Shown here in pieces: positions 58,079 to 64,000 of a stretch of 64,000 nt of DNA. Below the pieces are notes generated by a model. The model was given only the letters and a program-made list of their open reading frames with translations, was not told the origin of the DNA and ran no database searches. The stretch comes from Leptospirales bacterium (GTDB lineage: Bacteria; Spirochaetota; Leptospiria; Turneriellales; JAOUFE01). Position 1 is the stretch's first letter. Each line of letters begins with the position of its first letter. The DNA lies in assembly GCA_040326155.1 (NCBI GenBank), contig JBEQLE010000015.1, positions 1 to 64,000 of the forward strand. The letters are read 5' to 3'. A program made the position numbers and the translations under genes.

Positions 58079-59689
58079 ATGCATGTAATCGTGCGTGTTT
58101 TTCTCACTTTATTTCTAACGCTGTTTTTATCGTTCACTATTTTTGCCCAAAGTGACGGAAAACGATCCATCGAAATGGAAGAAGAGATGGAAGATATTCC
58201 CGGAGCGGAAGAATCCGATGAACAAATTATTCTAATTGAAGGTGAAGATGAACAGACTGTTCGTCCGCGCAAGAAAGACGCTGACTTTATACAACCCACC
58301 CGAATTGAAAATCTTCGCTGGATAGAGTACCAAGACTCGGTGCAAAAAAAAGGAAAGAGCAATGATAAAGAGACCGAAAAGACAGCTCACGCTTCTATTT
58401 TGTATGCCCCTTTGCATACACTCTTTATTGACTTAGATATTGTAAAAAGTGATGAATACGGAAAATACCGTGTTATCTACGAAAGAGAAAATCGGGAGTA
58501 TATAGAACAAGACTCGGCCACTGTTTCAAACTCGGCGAAAGAGAGCGATCATATTGGAATGTCCGGGGTTTTTAATGTTTCAAAAACCTATACTTTTTTA
58601 TTGGACCTCGATTATAAACGTTCCTCCGAACAACTGCAAAACAACTCCTTTTATAGCTTGTTTAACCAAGATATTTTAGCGGGCTCGCTTGGTAATAAAT
58701 TTCAGTTTAATAAACAGAACCGCATGTTGGTCGAAGTGGGTTCTCGTTATGAAAGTATCGAAATACAAAACGGAATTTCTGAGTCTCGCATTGACTTTTC
58801 CCCCCGAGTAGAATGGGATTTTGTGAATGAAAAAAGATTTGGTATGCATGGCGCTCTGTATTCTTTTGTCGAAAGTCCCGATTCGGGTTCTGTCATTGTA
58901 TCCTGGGGTTCTGAATTTGGTTTGTATATACCAGTGTGGAATACCCTTGTCGGTAAGAAGAAGCACCAGTGGCAGGGGGATGTTTATGCCGGGGCAACGA
59001 TGTACTATGATGAAAACCGGGGTTTTATTTTTGGTCCCAAAATTCGTTTAAATAGTTTAATGGGCAGCTGGTTTTCTTCCCTGGAGTTTTTTCGCCAGAC
59101 CCGTCGTCTATACCAGAGTGAAGAGTATGTCGACTTGCCCTATCATCGACTCTCCGAAGTCAATTTTCCTTCTGACTATTGGGAGCTACACTGGATAAAC
59201 AGTTTTCCCGCTACGGAAAAAATAGAGATAAAAACCAATATTGGTTATGTATACCATAATTATGCTTATGAAACCACATCGCAAAATGGTATTTACTCTT
59301 TGCAAGGGGCCATGTATAGCGATATGTTTGGCGCAGTTTTTACCAGGTTAACCCTGCTAGAAAACCTTTTTTTTGAAGCAGGCGTAGAGTATCACTATTA
59401 TTCACGATCTGTGAATTATCTGTTTCCTTATTGGATACCATTTCAAATTGTTTATGAGCCGGGACGTTGGCAGTTTACCAGTGAAATGAAAATCGGTGGC
59501 TCTCGGGCTTCTGACTCTGGAAACAGTGAGTCTGTGTATCTTTTAAACCTTTCGATTCAAAGAAAAATTGACCCGACGATCTCTGTTGAAATAAAAGCCC
59601 AGAACCTGCTCGATTCGGACTACCTTGGTTTAAACCCGTATGTTTCTCAGGGGCGAACGTTTTCGGGTGGGATACACATGTACTTTTAA
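58079..59689 (+). CDS. Outer-membrane beta-barrel protein with TonB-dependent-receptor-like C-terminus
   Basis: Signal peptide from ATG 58079, amphipathic beta strands, C-terminal QNLLDSDY...GRTFSGGIHMYF. Confidence 0.7.
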   Translation: MHVIVRVFLTLFLTLFLSFTIFAQSDGKRSIEMEEEMEDIPGAEESDEQIILIEGEDEQTVRPRKKDADFIQPTRIENLRWIEYQDSVQKKGKSNDKETEKTAHASILYAPLHTLFIDLDIVKSDEYGKYRVIYERENREYIEQDSATVSNSAKESDHIGMSGVFNVSKTYTFLLDLDYKRSSEQLQNNSFYSLFNQDILAGSLGNKFQFNKQNRMLVEVGSRYESIEIQNGISESRIDFSPRVEWDFVNEKRFGMHGALYSFVESPDSGSVIVSWGSEFGLYIPVWNTLVGKKKHQWQGDVYAGATMYYDENRGFIFGPKIRLNSLMGSWFSSLEFFRQTRRLYQSEEYVDLPYHRLSEVNFPSDYWELHWINSFPATEKIEIKTNIGYVYHNYAYETTSQNGIYSLQGAMYSDMFGAVFTRLTLLENLFFEAGVEYHYYSRSVNYLFPYWIPFQIVYEPGRWQFTSEMKIGGSRASDSGNSESVYLLNLSIQRKIDPTISVEIKAQNLLDSDYLGLNPYVSQGRTFSGGIHMYF

Positions 59690-59691
59690 CT

Positions 59692-60618
59692 ATGTCTTTA
59701 TCCATAAATGCAAAAAATGTAAAAAAGTATTTCAAGGACGTTAAGGCCATCGATGGTCTTAACCTTGACGTTCAACCAGGCGAGTTTATTGCGCTTCTCG
59801 GACCAAATGGGGCCGGAAAAAGCACTTTAATAGAAATGCTCGAAGGGGTTCAAAAACAAGACTCGGGAGAAATTTTTATAGATGGTTATAATTGGGAACA
59901 AAACGCAAATCATCTTCGCAGTATAACTGGCATCTCTTTTCAAGAAACTCGTTTTATGGATAAAGTTACTGTCCACGAAACCCTTAAACTTTTCGCATCT
60001 TTTTATAAAAGTGATATTTCCATGGTCCGTGAAACAATGAATCTTGTCGGGCTGGCAGATAAACAAAAATCTTATATTGAAGATTTATCGGGCGGGCAGC
60101 GCCAGAAACTGGCATTGGCCATTTCTTTAATTAACAAACCGAAAATACTTTTTCTGGACGAACCCACAACGGGGCTTGACCCAGGGGCCAGACGAGAAAT
60201 CTGGAGTATTCTGGAGAAAATGCACGCCGATGGTACCACAATAATTTTAACCACTCACTACATGGAAGAAGCCGAATTCCTGTGCGAGCGAATTTTAATT
60301 ATGTTTGAAGGAAAAATTATCGCCGAAGGTTCACTCGAAGAATTGCTCGGTCGGTACAGCGTATCACAGACAATCGAACTTGAGCTCGGCAAACGTCCCG
60401 CCCAAAACTGGTTAAAAGGCATTTCGGGCATTAAAGACCAACATTGGAAAAAAGAAGAGAAGAAAATGTTAATTCACTCTCCTGAGGTTCCTCGAGTTTT
60501 GCCTGAAATAATGAAGAAATTGGAACAACAAAAAATTGAATTTAAAGGTATACAATGTCGTAGCATGACTCTTGACGATCTTTTTATACTCTTAACAGGA
60601 ACTTATCTTCATGAATAA
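59692..60618 (+). CDS. ABC transporter ATP-binding protein (DrrA/NodI-like)
   Basis: GPNGAGKST, LSGGQRQ, LFLDEPTTGLD, TTHYMEEA. Confidence 0.95.
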   Translation: MSLSINAKNVKKYFKDVKAIDGLNLDVQPGEFIALLGPNGAGKSTLIEMLEGVQKQDSGEIFIDGYNWEQNANHLRSITGISFQETRFMDKVTVHETLKLFASFYKSDISMVRETMNLVGLADKQKSYIEDLSGGQRQKLALAISLINKPKILFLDEPTTGLDPGARREIWSILEKMHADGTTIILTTHYMEEAEFLCERILIMFEGKIIAEGSLEELLGRYSVSQTIELELGKRPAQNWLKGISGIKDQHWKKEEKKMLIHSPEVPRVLPEIMKKLEQQKIEFKGIQCRSMTLDDLFILLTGTYLHE

Positions 60619-61678
60619 TTCTCTTAAGGAACTTATTGCAATACAGTTTAAGGAGTATTGGCGAGAACCCGAAGTCCTTTTCTGGACCCTGGCTTTTCCC
60701 ATTATTATGGCCTGGGTTTTAGGGATAACTTTTTTAAGCAAACCAGTAATGAATTACAAAGTGGCTTATGTCGAGGCGTCGGCTGATCAAGAGTTACCCC
60801 AAAAGTTATATAAAAGGTTTTTTCCCGAAGATAAAATACAAATTCAAATTCCGGGAAGAACCTATGTTGAGAACATTGTTATTGCTCCGATGAGCGAGTC
60901 AGAAGCGATGGAATCATTGAAAAATGGAACTATTTCTATAATAATACGTCCGCATGAAGATCATCTTGTATACTCTTTTGACTCAGCTAATGAAGAAGCT
61001 GTTAAAATCTATCTATGGATAGAAAAAAAAGTTTTTGGAAAAAAGTCTAAGAATATAACCGAGGCGGTAAAAGGCAAAGGCAATCGTTATATTGATTATT
61101 TAATTCCCGGTTTAATTGCTTTGGGAATTATGAACGCAACAATCTGGGGGGTAGGGTGGACCCTCATCGAATTTCGCATTAAAAAGTTTATGCGTCGTAT
61201 GCTTGCCACCCCGATGAAAAAATTTGAGTTTATGGCTTCCTTATCGATTACCAGGTTGGTTTTAGGAGTAATTGAAGCTTCCATATTGTATACATTTGTC
61301 CATTTTGTTTTTGACATACGCATTGAAGGTTCCCTTCTCGCTGTAATCTTGATGTTTATTGCAGGCCATATTGCCTTCAATGGTTTGGCTGTTTTTTTAG
61401 CTTCTCGAACCGCAAGTTCCAGGGCTGGAAATACGATTATCAATGTAGTCACTTTGCCGTTTTTTCTTTTATCCGGTGTTTTTTTCAGTTACAGGAATTT
61501 TCCAGACTGGATGGTTTCTTTTGTTGAAGTCCTCCCCCTTACGGTTTTAGCCGATACCATGCGAACACTTTTTTTAACTCCGGTGGGTGTTTCAGCAATT
61601 ATAATTCCGTTTTGTTATCTTACTGCCGTAGGCGCCTTCTTTTACATGATTGGTATTAGAATTTATAAATGGTATTGA
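60611..61678 (+). CDS. ABC-2 type transporter permease
   Basis: YIDYLIPG, RRMLATP, LLSGVFF, LPLT; multiple TM helices. Confidence 0.92.
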   Translation: MNNSLKELIAIQFKEYWREPEVLFWTLAFPIIMAWVLGITFLSKPVMNYKVAYVEASADQELPQKLYKRFFPEDKIQIQIPGRTYVENIVIAPMSESEAMESLKNGTISIIIRPHEDHLVYSFDSANEEAVKIYLWIEKKVFGKKSKNITEAVKGKGNRYIDYLIPGLIALGIMNATIWGVGWTLIEFRIKKFMRRMLATPMKKFEFMASLSITRLVLGVIEASILYTFVHFVFDIRIEGSLLAVILMFIAGHIAFNGLAVFLASRTASSRAGNTIINVVTLPFFLLSGVFFSYRNFPDWMVSFVEVLPLTVLADTMRTLFLTPVGVSAIIIPFCYLTAVGAFFYMIGIRIYKWY

Positions 61679-61798
61679 CGTATAAACTAAAGACGATATA
61701 AATGATTTATAATAAAATTATTCTTGCTGTGAAGGGTTTAAAACAAAGTCTGTATTTTACCGTTAAAAGCGCATCAAATATAAAATGAGGGAACACAA

Positions 61799-62557
61799 AT
61801 GTCCAGAAGACCGGTTATTGCTGCAAATTGGAAAATGAATCTTACTGTCGAGCAGTCTGAAAAACTTGTCGATGAAATTATAGAAACTTTACCGGATAAC
61901 CCCGGTTGCGAAATTATACTATTTCCTTCTTTTTTGCATATACCAGCCATTAGTAAAAAAGTGGCGGGGACCAACATAGGTCTGGGTGGACAAAACCTCT
62001 ATTTTGAAGAAAAAGGGGCTTTTACCGGAGAAGTTGCCGCATTTCAATTAACAGATCTGGGTTGTACCCATGTTTTAATTGGACATTCTGAACGACGTCA
62101 CTATTTCAGCGAAGATTATGAAACGGTGAATAAAAAAGTAATAATGGCGCTCTCCGCTGGTTTAAAAGTTATGCTTTGCGTCGGTGAATCTCTGGAAGAA
62201 CGAGAAAGTAATGTAACCGAAATGGTTGTGGTAGACCAGATTGAAAGCGCTATGCAAGACATTACTGCTGAAAACCTGACAGAAATCTCTATAGCTTACG
62301 AGCCGATTTGGGCAATTGGCACCGGTAAAACAGCTACTCCCGAAGACGCTGCTCATGTGCATCATATTATTCGGAAAAGTTTAAGGCGAATTTTCAATGA
62401 TGACATTGCAAACGCTACTCGTGTTTTATACGGTGGTTCAGTAAAACCAGATAATATTGTTACTTTAATGAAAGAAGATGACATCGATGGAGCTCTTGTC
62501 GGTGGGGCAAGTTTGAAGGCCGATAGTTTTTTGAAGCTTATTCTATGCACAAAGTAA
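61799..62557 (+). CDS. tpiA: Triosephosphate isomerase
   Basis: AANWKMN, GAFTGEV, GHSERR, AYEPIWAIGTG, YGGSV, LVGGASL. Confidence 0.98.
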   Translation: MSRRPVIAANWKMNLTVEQSEKLVDEIIETLPDNPGCEIILFPSFLHIPAISKKVAGTNIGLGGQNLYFEEKGAFTGEVAAFQLTDLGCTHVLIGHSERRHYFSEDYETVNKKVIMALSAGLKVMLCVGESLEERESNVTEMVVVDQIESAMQDITAENLTEISIAYEPIWAIGTGKTATPEDAAHVHHIIRKSLRRIFNDDIANATRVLYGGSVKPDNIVTLMKEDDIDGALVGGASLKADSFLKLILCTK

Positions 62558-62645
62558 CTTATTGAATTTCAGACCAATTTCACATCAACTTGTTTTGTTC
62601 TTAACACATTTGTTTATATTATAAACAATATTTTTGTTTTAAATA

Positions 62646-62661
62646 TGGCATATAATTTGCA
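62646..62661 (+). promoter_or_regulatory. Sigma54 (-24/-12) promoter of glnA
   Basis: TGGCATATAATTTGCA with exact GG-N10-GC spacing, about 55 bp upstream of the glnA ATG. Confidence 0.8.
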
Positions 62662-62714
62662 CAGTTTAAACAGAGGGAGCAATTCCCTTTAATCAGAATT
62701 TTTTGAGGAGAATT

Positions 62715-64000
62715 ATGGGACGTACACCAAAAGAACTTATAGAGTGGGCTAAGAAGGAGGAGGTGGAATTTGTTGATGTTCGGTTTACAGATATACCCGG
62801 TACAATGCACCACTTCACCATGCCGCTTCACGCTATAGATGAAGAAGCATTTACATTCGGTATCGGTTTTGACGGCTCTTCCATTCGGGGCTGGAAAAAC
62901 ATTGATGAGTCAGACATGCTGGTTCGAATGGATTCCACCACGGCGTACATCGATCCGTTTTTTGAACACAAAACACTCGCGGTTTTATGCGATATTTTCG
63001 ATCCACCTTTGAGCGCTGACGACGAAACTAAACCGTATACTCGGGACCCCCGTTTTATATTGAAAAAAGCAATAGAGTATCTTAAATCAACTGGAATCGC
63101 GGACGATGCCTACATGGGCCCAGAAGCTGAATTTTTTATTTTCAGCGATGTTCGTTTTGATCAAAGCATGAACCAGGGGTATTACTTTATCGATTCCATC
63201 GATGCCAGATGGAACATGGGCAAAGACGAACAACCCAACCTTGGTTATAAACTGCGCTCCAAAGAAGGCTATTTTCCACTTCCACCTCTAGACAAGTTTC
63301 AAGATCTGCGAAGTGAAATGCTGGTTGCCTGTGAAGACATGGGTATTGCCACTGAAAAACACCACCACGAAGTTTCCAGCGCCGGCCAGGCCGAAATTAA
63401 CCTGGTTGTAGATGAAGCCCTGGCAATGGCAGATAAAATGATGCTCTATAAATACGTTGTTAAAAATGTAGCCCAGAGCGCCGGTTTTAGCGCTACTTTT
63501 ATGCCAAAACCACTTTTTGATGACAACGGTAGCGGTATGCACACTCACCAGTCTCTCTGGAAAGATGGCAAAAATCTTTTTGCTGGCGACGGTTACGCAT
63601 TTTTGTCGGAAATGGCCATGCACTACATGGGTGGCATTTTAGAACACGGCCCATCGCTACTTGCTTTTACCAACCCCACCACCAACAGTTATAAACGTCT
63701 GGTCCCAGGTTTCGAAGCTCCTGTCAGTCTGGTCTACTCCCAAAGAAACCGTTCTGCAGCTATTCGAATTCCCATAGCCGTAACCGGCGATAAAGCCAGA
63801 AGAATCGAGTTTAGAACTCCCGACCCATCGGCCAACCCATACCTGGCCTTCGCCGCAATGATCATGGCGGGAATTGACGGAGTTCAGAAAAAAACAGACC
63901 CAGGCAAGCCCGCAGATTACAATTTGTACGACGCTTCACCAGAGCAACTCAAAGATATAAAATCGGTTCCGGCAAACCTGACCAAAGTCATCGACGCCTT
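62715..64000 (+). CDS. glnA: Glutamine synthetase type I (3' end off window)
   Basis: Not in ORF track (no stop in window). GAGGAG RBS; MGRTPKELIEWAKKEEVEFVDVRFTD, FDGSSIRGW, HHHEV, FMPKPLFDDNGSGMH, RIEFR, adenylylation-site NLYD. Confidence 0.97.
   Translation, partial: MGRTPKELIEWAKKEEVEFVDVRFTDIPGTMHHFTMPLHAIDEEAFTFGIGFDGSSIRGWKNIDESDMLVRMDSTTAYIDPFFEHKTLAVLCDIFDPPLSADDETKPYTRDPRFILKKAIEYLKSTGIADDAYMGPEAEFFIFSDVRFDQSMNQGYYFIDSIDARWNMGKDEQPNLGYKLRSKEGYFPLPPLDKFQDLRSEMLVACEDMGIATEKHHHEVSSAGQAEINLVVDEALAMADKMMLYKYVVKNVAQSAGFSATFMPKPLFDDNGSGMHTHQSLWKDGKNLFAGDGYAFLSEMAMHYMGGILEHGPSLLAFTNPTTNSYKRLVPGFEAPVSLVYSQRNRSAAIRIPIAVTGDKARRIEFRTPDPSANPYLAFAAMIMAGIDGVQKKTDPGKPADYNLYDASPEQLKDIKSVPANLTKVIDA

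Noticed and set aside
57658..58362. 234-aa minus-strand ORF
   Set aside because: Antisense to the well-supported PfkB kinase and barrel genes; no motifs.
62619..63623. Minus-strand ORFs at the right end
   Set aside because: Antisense shadows of glnA.

Overview
AT-rich bacterial chromosomal window, most likely from a spirochaete of the Leptospirales/Leptospiraceae type (inferred from a LipL71/LruA-like LysM lipoprotein, a GerMN protein, a TPR-NHL-vWA/TPR pair and many spirochaete-style lipoproteins). Housekeeping genes lie at both ends (dnaX partial, PBP1A, trpF, mutS, rho ... pta, PfkB kinase, ABC exporter, tpiA, sigma54-driven glnA partial). The centre (about 16-57 kb) is accessory: a DegT-like protein lacking the catalytic Lys, a CusCBA-type heavy-metal efflux operon preceded by a Cys/His-rich upstream ORF, an MhqR-like MarR/pirin unit with visible operators, an orphan phage-like switch (one small Ner/Cro-like gene divergent from three XRE repressors, with three operator-like repeats), an orphan RecA-like protein, a hybrid kinase/HD-GYP pair, a cobalamin radical SAM enzyme with a histone-H1-like tail, a defence hotspot (truncated hsdM, possible HEPN remnant, intact 1403-aa nuclease-STAND NTPase) and a giant Ser/Thr kinase-AAA-GAF-histidine kinase gene bracketed by two related 32-bp REP-like palindromes. 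I found no tRNA, rRNA, CRISPR array, integrase or transposase. All calls come from motif reading by eye; no database searches were run.
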